Shown: positions 55,673 to 64,000 of the stretch, in pieces
How the letters are laid out: each line of letters opens with the position of its first letter
Numbering within the stretch: position 1 is the first letter of the stretch
Assembly (NCBI GenBank): GCA_001001555.1
Contig: LCKS01000001.1
Location: 82,066 to 146,065, forward strand
Reading direction: 5' to 3'
From: Candidatus Amesbacteria bacterium GW2011_GWC2_45_19
GTDB taxonomy: Bacteria; Patescibacteriota; Microgenomatia; CAZETR01; Amesbacteraceae
DNA length: 64,000 nt
Position numbers and translations under genes: made by a program
Notes under the pieces: model-generated
The model's input: the letters and a program-made list of their open reading frames with translations, nothing else
Told to the model about the DNA's origin: nothing
The model's database searches: none

Positions 55673-56437
55673 ATGAAAACATTAGCAGTTATTGGCGGCA
55701 GTGGAACGTTGGGGTCTGATTTGGTTCAATATTTTTCAACTAAATTTGTTGTTATATCAATAAACAGAGGTAATTATCGGGATCAAATAGGAAAACTTTT
55801 TGATGTTGTGATAAACGCAAATGGGAATAGTAAGCGTTTTTGGGCAAACCAAAATCCCGTAGAAGATTTTTTCGCTTCTTCTGCTTCTGTAATCAAAAGT
55901 ATTTTCGATTTTCCTTGCGACGTTTATATTTATATTTCCTCTCCAGATATATACGAGAACCACAGTGAACCTAAGTACACTAAGGAAAACGTGCAAATTA
56001 ACCCAAAAAGACTAGAACCGTATGGACTTCATAAGTATTTAGCAGAGCTCATTGTAAAGAAATATAAAGAAAAATTTCTTATCTTAAGACTTTCGATGTT
56101 TCTTGGGAAAAAATTAAAAAAGGGACCAATTCACGATGTCATCAAGGATAACCCGATTTACGTTACTCTTAACTCAAAACTCCAACTTATAAGCACTTTT
56201 GCAGTCGCCGAAGTGATCGAAGTCCTCCTGAATAAATCTATCAGAAATGAAGTCTTTAATGTCGGTGGAGTTGGAACTTTCTCCTTTTTGGATGCAAAAA
56301 AACTTTTAAAAAAGAATATCCAGGTCAGACCAGACGCAAAGAAGCAGTTATACGAAATGGATACCAATAAACTAAAACGTTTATATCCAGCTTTAAAAAC
56401 CTCCGAGGAATACTTGCGACAGTTTCTATTAGTGTAG
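55673..56437 (+). CDS. Short SDR-family NAD(P)-dependent sugar-nucleotide reductase (RmlD-like)
   Basis: MKTLAVIGGSGTLGSDL Rossmann; YGLHKYLAE (YxxxK). Confidence 0.5.
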   Translation: MKTLAVIGGSGTLGSDLVQYFSTKFVVISINRGNYRDQIGKLFDVVINANGNSKRFWANQNPVEDFFASSASVIKSIFDFPCDVYIYISSPDIYENHSEPKYTKENVQINPKRLEPYGLHKYLAELIVKKYKEKFLILRLSMFLGKKLKKGPIHDVIKDNPIYVTLNSKLQLISTFAVAEVIEVLLNKSIRNEVFNVGGVGTFSFLDAKKLLKKNIQVRPDAKKQLYEMDTNKLKRLYPALKTSEEYLRQFLLV

Positions 56438-56465
56438 AGTTTCGTGTTACAATTTATCTGTTTTC

Positions 56466-57614
56466 ATGAGCGTTAAAAAGAAAAATTACACATTAAGCGA
56501 AGATCTGATTCGGCCATGGTCGACATTTGTTCCCAAGCAAGCAGCGATTGAAGTGTCCAAAACTTTGAAATCAAAATGGATTAATACGGGAGTCAAAGAA
56601 AAAGAGTTAAGAGAAAAAGCTTGTAAAAAATGGAGCTTTCGCTACTGTGTTGCTGTCTCCAATGGGACTGCCGCGCTAAGGTCCAGCCTTGCGATGCTGG
56701 GAGTTGGTTCTGGTGATGAAGTGATTTCTACTCCTTTCACTTTTATTGCTACAAATACAGCAATTTTAGAACAGAGAGCAGTACCTGTTTTTGCTGACAT
56801 CAAATACGATGATCTTAATATAGATCCCAAAAGCATTGAGAAAAGAATCACTTCAAAAACAAAAGCAATCATGGTGGTTCATTACGGCGGAAACCCCGTT
56901 GATTTAGATGAAATACGAAAGATAGGGACAAAATACAAGCTTCCTTTAATTGAAGACGCAGCTCACGCCTTAGGGAGTAAGTACAAGAATGATTACATTG
57001 GTTTAAAAGGAGAACTTGTGTGTTTTTCTCTGCAAGTTGTAAAAATCATCACCTCGGGAGATGGCGGTTTAATCGCAACTTCTAACCAAGATTATTATCA
57101 AAAACTCAAAAAAATCATTTGGTACGGCATTGATAGAGAGGAAAAAAAAACAAATCTTATAGATCCCTTGCCCAATAACTTTAAAGGTGACGTGCTCGGC
57201 TTTAAATATAATATGAACGACATAACAGCTACTTTAGGGATAGTTGGAATTGATCACTTCAATGAGGCGGCCAAAAAAAGAAAAGTCATAGGCGAGCGCT
57301 ATAGAAATGAGCTCTCAGGGCTACCAAAAATAAAGCTCATGAAGTACCATGCTGACCGAAGCCCCAATTATCAGATATTTCCAGTTCATGTTGAAAACCG
57401 TCTGCGCTTTGCAACATACTTAAGGGACCAAAATATCATGGTAAACATCAATAATCGCAGAAATGATATATATCCAATATTTGGCGGCCTTAGGAAAGAT
57501 CTTACATCAACCGCGCGAGCTGATCAGGACGTTATCCTCCTCCCAATACATGCTGACCTTACCCAACGGCAAGTGGACCATATTATTAAACATGTTAAAG
57601 AAGCCGTTAGATAA
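56466..57614 (+). CDS. DegT/DnrJ/EryC1/StrS-family PLP-dependent sugar aminotransferase
   Basis: AVSNGTAALRSSL...DEVISTPFTFIATN...IEDAAHALGS...SLQVVKIITSGDGG (Schiff-base Lys present). Confidence 0.7.
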   Translation: MSVKKKNYTLSEDLIRPWSTFVPKQAAIEVSKTLKSKWINTGVKEKELREKACKKWSFRYCVAVSNGTAALRSSLAMLGVGSGDEVISTPFTFIATNTAILEQRAVPVFADIKYDDLNIDPKSIEKRITSKTKAIMVVHYGGNPVDLDEIRKIGTKYKLPLIEDAAHALGSKYKNDYIGLKGELVCFSLQVVKIITSGDGGLIATSNQDYYQKLKKIIWYGIDREEKKTNLIDPLPNNFKGDVLGFKYNMNDITATLGIVGIDHFNEAAKKRKVIGERYRNELSGLPKIKLMKYHADRSPNYQIFPVHVENRLRFATYLRDQNIMVNINNRRNDIYPIFGGLRKDLTSTARADQDVILLPIHADLTQRQVDHIIKHVKEAVR

Positions 57615-57619
57615 ATTAG

Positions 57620-58777
57620 TTGAGGATGAATAAGTCAATTGTCTATATCAACTACTCACCCTACGAAAATTCAGGAAAAATACTAGACTACCTGCTTGAT
57701 AATTTTGTTAACGTATTTCATTTTTCTATAGGGTTTCATAATTTAAAAAATAAAAAAAATTACAACAGACTAATAATTTTCAAAAACGGAAAATTAGAAA
57801 AAGAATTCGTCCTCTTTCAACTACCCATACCCTCATCACTTGTGTTTATATTGCTACCAATTAGGTCACTAATCAATTTTCTTCAGATTATTAGATATAC
57901 GGTTTGGCTCAAATACAAATATAAGACAATCAACATCTATTTCACAGTCAATGCGTTCATTGCCTGGATCGGAAATCTCCTTAGAGGTTTTGGGGTTGTA
58001 GAAAAAACCGTCTTTTGGGTTTGGGATTATTACCCGCCTATTCATGAAAATAAAATCATCATGCTTATGAGGTATGTTTATTGGCAATTTGACAAGATTA
58101 GTTCCTACTCGGATAAGGTAGCTTTTGTTAACCACAGATTACTTAATTTACGTAAAGACATGGGGATTTATGAAAGAAATGCCAAACATCCAATTATCCC
58201 AATCGGAACCGATAAATTTGCATACACCAAAAGGAAAAATGCCAAGAAAGTAATATTTGGGTTCATAGGTGTGCTTAAAAAGAGCCAAGGACCCGGAATC
58301 ATTTTTGATCACTCTCACGCATTGTTCAAAAAATTTAAAACCTTTCAGTACGAAGTTGTCGGGTCAGGTCCGGATGAGGAATATTTAAAACACAGAGCGT
58401 ATGAAACAGAAGTCCAAACTAAGTTTTATGGCTATCTTGAAGGCGAATCGTTTAATCAGGTTTTGAACAGATGCACTATTGGTATAGCCACTTATATTCC
58501 TGATCCGAGTAATGTTTCCTATTATGGGGACCCCGGAAAAATTAAAAGATACATTAGTCTAGGGTTACCTGTTATATGTACTGATGTCTTGGAGTTTTCA
58601 AGAGAAATAGAGAGATCAGAATCAGGAATAATCGTTAATTACGATGATTCCAAAGCGTTTGTAGCCGCCGTTGGAAAAATTATGTCAAAATACCCTTTTT
58701 ACAGCAAGAACGCGTACAAATTGAGTCAAAAATATTACTACAAAAAAATTTATCCTGAGATGTTTGACCTTAACTAG
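57620..58777 (+). CDS. GT-B-fold glycosyltransferase (GT4-like), AT-rich
   Basis: 385 aa; C-terminal half with Rossmann-like pattern (VIFGFIGVL...EVVGSGPDEEYL...IGIATY); weak similarity only. Confidence 0.4.
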   Translation: MRMNKSIVYINYSPYENSGKILDYLLDNFVNVFHFSIGFHNLKNKKNYNRLIIFKNGKLEKEFVLFQLPIPSSLVFILLPIRSLINFLQIIRYTVWLKYKYKTINIYFTVNAFIAWIGNLLRGFGVVEKTVFWVWDYYPPIHENKIIMLMRYVYWQFDKISSYSDKVAFVNHRLLNLRKDMGIYERNAKHPIIPIGTDKFAYTKRKNAKKVIFGFIGVLKKSQGPGIIFDHSHALFKKFKTFQYEVVGSGPDEEYLKHRAYETEVQTKFYGYLEGESFNQVLNRCTIGIATYIPDPSNVSYYGDPGKIKRYISLGLPVICTDVLEFSREIERSESGIIVNYDDSKAFVAAVGKIMSKYPFYSKNAYKLSQKYYYKKIYPEMFDLN

Positions 58778-58810
58778 TAAAATTCTAACCATTTTGTATA
58801 ATCTGGTTAA

Positions 58811-59719
58811 ATGGCCGCTAAATCAGAAAGACGAATTTTAATTACGGGAACAAGTGGATTTATCGGATCAACGTGCATTCATACATTAGCTGGTAGAAAA
58901 GATTACTCACTAGTTTGTCCTTCATCGGCGCAGATGGACATAACTAACAAGCATGCAGTAGAAGACGCAGTAAAACAATATCGACCGGATACTATTCTAA
59001 ATTTTGCAGCCCACCGAAACGCTAACACAGCAGAAATCCAGAGAGGCGACGAAGAAGGCAGTGCCTGGATGATAAATGTTGTAGGAGCCAAAAATCTTGC
59101 CGAAGTCTGCAATATATACAGAATATATTTGCTTCACGTTTCTACAGATATGGTTTTTAGTGGAAAAGAAACGCGGAAGGGACCATACTCCGAAAGTGAT
59201 ACACCCGAAAATGATCCCAACAATCTATCCTGGTATGGTTGGACTAAAAGACTGGCAGAACAAGCCGTCATTTCAAATGAGAACGCTTGTGTTGTGAGGA
59301 TAGGCAATGTGACTAAACCCATCTATGATCCTAGTTTAGATTATATTGGAAAAATTCAGTGGCTCTACGATACAGGTAATTCATACCCGCTTTTTCATGA
59401 TCAAAATATAACTTTGACATACATACCTGAACTTGTAGATTCAATGATACAACTAATTGATGCCAGAATGAGTGGTGTATATCATGTAGCAAGCGACAAC
59501 GTTACTACTCCGGTGGAGCTGGCTAAGTATTTGATGTCTAATGTGCGCCCAGATAGAAATAAAATCAAAGAAGTCCGTATCGACGAATATCTTAGTGCGC
59601 ATCCAAACAGATATCCCAAAGATGGTGGATTGAAAAGTCAAAATACTCAAAAAAAACTAGGAAAAAAGTTTAGATCATGGCAAATGATAGTAGACTGTTT
59701 TATTAAATACGCCACATGA
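58811..59719 (+). CDS. RmlD-like NAD(P)-dependent 4-keto sugar-nucleotide reductase
   Basis: ILITGTSGFIGS...RPDTILNFAA...LLHVSTDMVFSG...PYSESD...YGWTKRLAE matches dTDP-4-dehydrorhamnose reductase family. Confidence 0.6.
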   Translation: MAAKSERRILITGTSGFIGSTCIHTLAGRKDYSLVCPSSAQMDITNKHAVEDAVKQYRPDTILNFAAHRNANTAEIQRGDEEGSAWMINVVGAKNLAEVCNIYRIYLLHVSTDMVFSGKETRKGPYSESDTPENDPNNLSWYGWTKRLAEQAVISNENACVVRIGNVTKPIYDPSLDYIGKIQWLYDTGNSYPLFHDQNITLTYIPELVDSMIQLIDARMSGVYHVASDNVTTPVELAKYLMSNVRPDRNKIKEVRIDEYLSAHPNRYPKDGGLKSQNTQKKLGKKFRSWQMIVDCFIKYAT

Positions 59720-60744
59720 CAAGAATGATTAAATGGCCAAAGGTATCATTCATTTTGCTCACATTAAATGGTGGAGACGGCATTCGTAAATGCCTAGAAT
59801 CACTTAAAAAACAATCATACCCTGCTGATCTGATTGATGTCGTAGTCATCGATAACGGATCAAAAGACAACAGTGTTGAAATAGCTAAAAGCCTTGGAGG
59901 AAGAGTATTCATCCACCCTGAAGGAAATTTATATTCCAACTGGGTAAGAGGGCTTCATAAAATTAGAGGGGACTTCGTTTTTTATTTAGAACAAGATATC
60001 GTTCTAAGGGGGAGAGATTTTATCAAAAACATGATCAAACCCCTTCTTGACGACAACCGGCTGGTTGCAACGTTCACTAAGGAATATCCGCATAAAAACA
60101 TGCACTGGGTTCCCAGGTTTCTTTCTTATCACTATTGTCAGTGCGATCCGCTTTTAGAATTTCTTTTTTTGCCTGTGGAAAAATCTTTTATCGAAAAAAA
60201 GAACGGCTATATTGTATGTAAATACCAAGACAAAAAAATCCCACCGGCCGCTCGTATGTTTTATAGAATCAAGTATTTAAAAAAGACACCTAACTGGACC
60301 ACAAAAAATTATTTTGATCATGATTTTATTATTAATTGCGTGCGGTCAGGTTATCCTTATTTTGCCTATGTTCCCGAACCGGGTTATTACCATTACCATG
60401 CTAGGAACTTACAGCATTTAATGCAAAAGAGAGTCCGTAACATGGGTATGCATTTCTTTCCTGAATATGGAAAATATCATTACACCATCTTGAATACGAA
60501 GAATAAACATGAAGTCCTGTGGTTAATTTTGTTCGTCATTTACGCCAATCTCTTTTTTCCTGCCGCAATAAGAGGGTTTATTCGCTTTCTGAAACATAAG
60601 GATTGGGCGCTCTTGATGGAACCTGTCATTACATTAGCGATAACAGACTCGCTTTTACTCGCTTTTCTAAAAGACAAGAGTGGTAGGAAGTTTATAACCG
60701 ATTCCATAAATTCATTTATTAAGGTTCAGCCTGTCGCATCATAA
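59716..60744 (+). CDS. GT2 glycosyltransferase
   Basis: VSFILLTLNGGDGI...VVVIDNGSKDNS...EQDIVL. Confidence 0.6.
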   Translation: MTRMIKWPKVSFILLTLNGGDGIRKCLESLKKQSYPADLIDVVVIDNGSKDNSVEIAKSLGGRVFIHPEGNLYSNWVRGLHKIRGDFVFYLEQDIVLRGRDFIKNMIKPLLDDNRLVATFTKEYPHKNMHWVPRFLSYHYCQCDPLLEFLFLPVEKSFIEKKNGYIVCKYQDKKIPPAARMFYRIKYLKKTPNWTTKNYFDHDFIINCVRSGYPYFAYVPEPGYYHYHARNLQHLMQKRVRNMGMHFFPEYGKYHYTILNTKNKHEVLWLILFVIYANLFFPAAIRGFIRFLKHKDWALLMEPVITLAITDSLLLAFLKDKSGRKFITDSINSFIKVQPVAS

Positions 60745-60749
60745 TTTCT

Positions 60750-62750
60750 ATGCTTAGGAAATTAATACTGTTTATATTGATCCCGTTTCTTTTGACGTCA
60801 ATTTGGTTTGGACCAAGAAAAATTATTGCCCATGCCGAAGAGGGTTTACTCTTTTTTAATCCAATTAGGACGTATCTAATTTCATCGCATCTCTGGCAGG
60901 ATACAGGATTGGGATTTGTTAATCTGTTCTCAACACCACGAATAACGTTGTATATATTCTCTGCTGGACTAAGCAGCTTAAAAATTTCCAATTTTGTTGT
61001 TCAACAATTGATTTTCTTTTTGTTAATTTTAGTACCGCTAGTATCAATACCCCCCCTGACTAAACTATTGTTACCTGACTCGAAAAGCAACGTTGGTACC
61101 TACGCTGCACTATTTTATGTATTTAACTTATTTTTTGTTTCCCAGGTTCTGCAGCGATTTATTATAGAGTTATTTTTTTTGTGGTCATACCTTCCACTAT
61201 TTATCTACCTTTGGGTTAGATGGTTAGAGTCGAGTAAGCTAAAGTATCTTATATTATTAATCCTTTCGTCCGTCATTTATTCTACATCCTTCGCAATTAT
61301 TGCTTCTGTTTTCGCACTTTGGATACCAGCCGGGGTTTTATGGTTAAAGTATCGAAGATTTCCACCCTTGATAGTTGGGGCCGTAATTTGGTTTCTGGCA
61401 GCAATTTGGTGGTGGTATCCATTAGTTGTCATAAAAGATAATCCTTATAATCAATTTTTAAACTCAGCTCAAAACCTAATCTCACTTGTAGATGTCAGTA
61501 AATACTATTCTAATTCCGACATTTTATTATTAAAGCAAAAATACTATTTTTCTCCCCAAACTATCTGGTTCAACTTTTTTTCCCGCCCACCCATAAATTA
61601 TCTTAGCTGGGTTTTTCCCATCTTACTCGCTGTGGGTTCAATTTGGGCTATCAGATCTAGATCAAGCAGGCTTTTAATTATCTGGCTTATAGTGGGTTGG
61701 TTTTTTGTCAAAGGAGCCAATCCTCCCTGGGGTACCCAATTTTACGAATGGTTGTTTGAAACCCTTCCGTTCACCATGGTCGTACGCAATCCATACGAAA
61801 AACTTGGAGTAATTTTTCTCCTTCCTTATTGTTTGCTCATGGCACTGGGATTGTCCAGGATACCAATTCGTTTTGTTCGAGTAGTCATTGTCTTTGCTGT
61901 GTGCTTCTTCTTGTTAAGGCCAATGTGGAACGGCCAGGTTTTTACGGGATATCAGGTTAAAGTTCCTCTGTCTTACGAGCTAGCAGACCACTATCTCAAC
62001 TCTCAGAGTAATCTTCGCCTCCTTCACTTGCCTTTTGTTCATGGATCTGGGGTAGGATATAACTGGGGGTATTTGGGAGACGAACCTTCAGAATTTACGT
62101 TCGATCGGCCTTCTTTGTCCAAAACATACAATTTCTCAGGCGATCCTTATATGCTAATTTATCAATACTTACGCTCACCAAACGTTTATCGGATTCTTCA
62201 GCAATTTGCCATAGACACCGCGGTTTTACATAAAGACATTTTGCCAGGAGTGACTTTACAAGAAAATTATGCAGGTGCCAAAGCAATGATCGGACTGATG
62301 GAAAAGGTTAAACTTACAAAATCATTTGATGATCTGGATATATACCAACTTGAAGACGCGCCTGTAGACTGGGGCTACTTAAGCAACAACATTACAGAAG
62401 TAAAATCATTAAAAGAGGGCTTAGATATGGTTTTAAACAATGAGAGGTTTATTCCTCTTTACTCAGCTTTTACCTTGCGAACAGACATTCCGAATATAAA
62501 ACAATCAATTCTTCCACAATATCAAATTAATAAGATTTCGCAAGTTCACTATCAATTTCAAATCTACAATGCCGCCTCACCCTATTTTCTTATCCTTTCT
62601 AATAGTTTTAATCCCCTTTGGATTGCTAGGATCAATGGATTAATCGTCACAGACCATTTTCAAATAAATGGTTACGCTAATGGATGGCTTATCAATAAAA
62701 CTGGGAATTACACAGTTGATATTACATTCAAAGTCTGGCCATGGGATTAA
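60750..62750 (+). CDS. Large polytopic membrane protein (666 aa) with C-terminal soluble domain; putative GT-C-type transferase/polymerase
   Basis: >12 TM in first ~420 aa then hydrophilic C-terminal ~240 aa; no recognised motif. Confidence 0.4.
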   Translation: MLRKLILFILIPFLLTSIWFGPRKIIAHAEEGLLFFNPIRTYLISSHLWQDTGLGFVNLFSTPRITLYIFSAGLSSLKISNFVVQQLIFFLLILVPLVSIPPLTKLLLPDSKSNVGTYAALFYVFNLFFVSQVLQRFIIELFFLWSYLPLFIYLWVRWLESSKLKYLILLILSSVIYSTSFAIIASVFALWIPAGVLWLKYRRFPPLIVGAVIWFLAAIWWWYPLVVIKDNPYNQFLNSAQNLISLVDVSKYYSNSDILLLKQKYYFSPQTIWFNFFSRPPINYLSWVFPILLAVGSIWAIRSRSSRLLIIWLIVGWFFVKGANPPWGTQFYEWLFETLPFTMVVRNPYEKLGVIFLLPYCLLMALGLSRIPIRFVRVVIVFAVCFFLLRPMWNGQVFTGYQVKVPLSYELADHYLNSQSNLRLLHLPFVHGSGVGYNWGYLGDEPSEFTFDRPSLSKTYNFSGDPYMLIYQYLRSPNVYRILQQFAIDTAVLHKDILPGVTLQENYAGAKAMIGLMEKVKLTKSFDDLDIYQLEDAPVDWGYLSNNITEVKSLKEGLDMVLNNERFIPLYSAFTLRTDIPNIKQSILPQYQINKISQVHYQFQIYNAASPYFLILSNSFNPLWIARINGLIVTDHFQINGYANGWLINKTGNYTVDITFKVWPWD

Positions 62751-63487
62751 AATCAAAAAAATTTAAAGACTGGACTATTTCATATTTTAATGAAGTCGAG
62801 TTAAATGAAATGTTAAAAGAACTATACGAGAAAAAATATTATCAGTTTGATACCTCAAAACCAGACCCGGTTATATTTGACGTTGGAGCCCTGATTGGTG
62901 AAACAGTTTTATATTTTAAAGAGCGATTTCCGCGAGCGAAAATCACGGCTTTCGAACCCAGTCCACGCAGTTTCTCTCTGCTCAAAAAAAATATCAGCAG
63001 AAACCGCGTTACCGGCGTCCGGTTACTTAACTTGGCAGTAGGCAAAGTTGCTGGCAAAATGGATTTCTACATAGACAAAAATGAAAACGTACCCTGGGGT
63101 AGGGGAGACTCCCTGAAAAATACAAAATTCACCAATCCGTCAATCTCAAAAACGGTTAAAGTTCAAGTAGTTCGACTTTCCAAATATATCAACGCTAATG
63201 TCGACTTGCTAAAATTGGACGTGGAGGGAGCGGAAACGGAGATCGTCTGCGAAATTGAAAAAAAACTCAAATTTGTTAAAAACATTATTCTCGAATTCCA
63301 TGAGAGCGTCTACAACCCCGAAAACAAGTTCTCGATCGTAATTGGCGTTCTTAAAAAAAATGGATTTAGAATAAGCATTTATCTTGGTAAATGGCCGTTG
63401 CCGGAGATCGCGGTAATTTTGGCCAGAGTCGTGCTAAAATTAGTGAGTATCGACGAATATTGGCTGCGCATTTATGCAAAACATTAA
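62741..63487 (+). CDS. FkbM-family SAM-dependent methyltransferase
   Basis: VIFDVGALIGETVLYFKERFPRAKITAFEPSPRSFSLLKKNI...KLDVEGAETEIV. Confidence 0.6.
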   Translation: MGLKSKKFKDWTISYFNEVELNEMLKELYEKKYYQFDTSKPDPVIFDVGALIGETVLYFKERFPRAKITAFEPSPRSFSLLKKNISRNRVTGVRLLNLAVGKVAGKMDFYIDKNENVPWGRGDSLKNTKFTNPSISKTVKVQVVRLSKYINANVDLLKLDVEGAETEIVCEIEKKLKFVKNIILEFHESVYNPENKFSIVIGVLKKNGFRISIYLGKWPLPEIAVILARVVLKLVSIDEYWLRIYAKH

Positions 63488-63508
63488 TGAACATTTTATT
63501 TCGTCAGC

Positions 63509-64000
63509 TATGAAAGTTATAATCCTGTGCGAAGGTTTTGGTACTAGATTGTCGTCAATTATTTCCGATAGACCCAAACCTTTAGCCCCGATTGCGGGAA
63601 AACCTTTTATAGAGCACATCATAAAGTGGCTTTGTAAATACGGCTACAGAGACATAATTTTCTGCGTTAGTTATAAAGCTGAACAAATTGTAAAATTTAT
63701 AGGAGATGGTAAGAAATTCGGCATCAAGGCAACATATTCCCAAAGGGCCCAACCTTCAGGGACAGGCGGAGCTATCAAGTTTGCCGGTCGATTGTTGCAA
63801 GATAAAAATGAAAGTGTATTAGTACTTAATGGAGACACTTTATTTGACATTAACTTGAATAAATTTGTAGAATTTCACGATAAAAACAAATCGTTTGCAA
63901 CTATCGCCCTTAGTCACGTTTTGGATGTGCATCAATATGGAGAAGTCAGTATCGATTCCGGATATCAACTAATCAAATTCAGCGAAAAAAATCCAGAAAG
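63509..64000 (+). CDS. Sugar-1-phosphate nucleotidyltransferase (mannose-1-P guanylyltransferase-like), 3'-truncated by window edge
   Basis: MKVIILCEGFGTRLSSIISDRPKPLAPIAGKPFIEHII...GTGGAIKFA; not in ORF track because no stop codon before the window end. Confidence 0.6.

Noticed and set aside
57130-57150. A9 homopolymer in the DegT aminotransferase ORF, and A8 tracts at 54695, 55298, 63000 and 63353, as possible phase-variation tracts
   Set aside because: This half of the window is ~37% GC, so A-runs of 8-9 nt encoding Lys runs are expected compositionally. There is no evidence of frame disruption.
1-64000. CRISPR arrays, tRNA and rRNA genes
   Set aside because: No regularly spaced direct repeats of 24-40 nt with unique spacers were seen. 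Intergenic regions are all shorter than 230 nt and none has a tRNA-like cloverleaf or rRNA-like sequence.

Overview
All calls below come from reading the sequence and from motif recall; no database search was run, so products are family-level hypotheses. The window is almost entirely one long, mostly co-directional glycan / glycoconjugate biosynthesis island. Many genes overlap by 4 nt (ATGA), suggesting translational coupling. The taxonomic flavour is that of a small-genome, CPR-like bacterium; this is an inference.

Main coding content:
- Five tandem, intact GT-C (PMT_2 / ArnT-like, N-terminal 'WDE/ADE...GRDE' loop) membrane glycosyltransferases, plus one frameshifted copy. A more distant subfamily has two members, one fused to a GT2 domain.
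- About 12 soluble GT2 genes, four of them DPM1/GtrB-like polyprenyl-phosphate-sugar synthases. About 7 GT4 genes. Two GtrA-like proteins and a Wzx flippase.
- PIG-V-like and DUF2029-like membrane proteins, two FkbM methyltransferases, a GT2-SAM-methyltransferase fusion, and a Cys-cluster (CX3CX2C) ORF.
- A sugar-nucleotide block: GDP-mannose-3,5-epimerase-like, GDP-fucose-synthase-like and RmlD-like reductases, a DegT aminotransferase, and two NDP-sugar pyrophosphorylases (one partial at the 3' edge).

Accessory and structural signals:
- A REP-associated tyrosine transposase (RAYT) gene bracketed by three copies of a 27-nt REP-like repeat.
- Palindromic mini-elements sharing a CTCCTTT(T)AA...TTAAAGGAG core, inserted inside or at the edge of glycosyltransferase genes. 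One appears as an in-frame 17-aa insertion.
- Two toxin-antitoxin cassettes (VapBC, BrnTA). Each is bracketed by a long direct repeat (39 and 28 nt) that duplicates the edge of the neighbouring host gene.
- Heptanucleotide tandem repeats inside coding sequences, which are candidate phase-variation switches.
- Perfect palindromes carrying symmetric -10 boxes 6-7 nt from divergent start codons, consistent with leaderless bidirectional promoters.
- A GC drop from roughly 50-55% to roughly 37-40% at about 34.5 kb, with a higher-GC island at about 41.9-43.2 kb.

No rRNA, tRNA or CRISPR array was seen.
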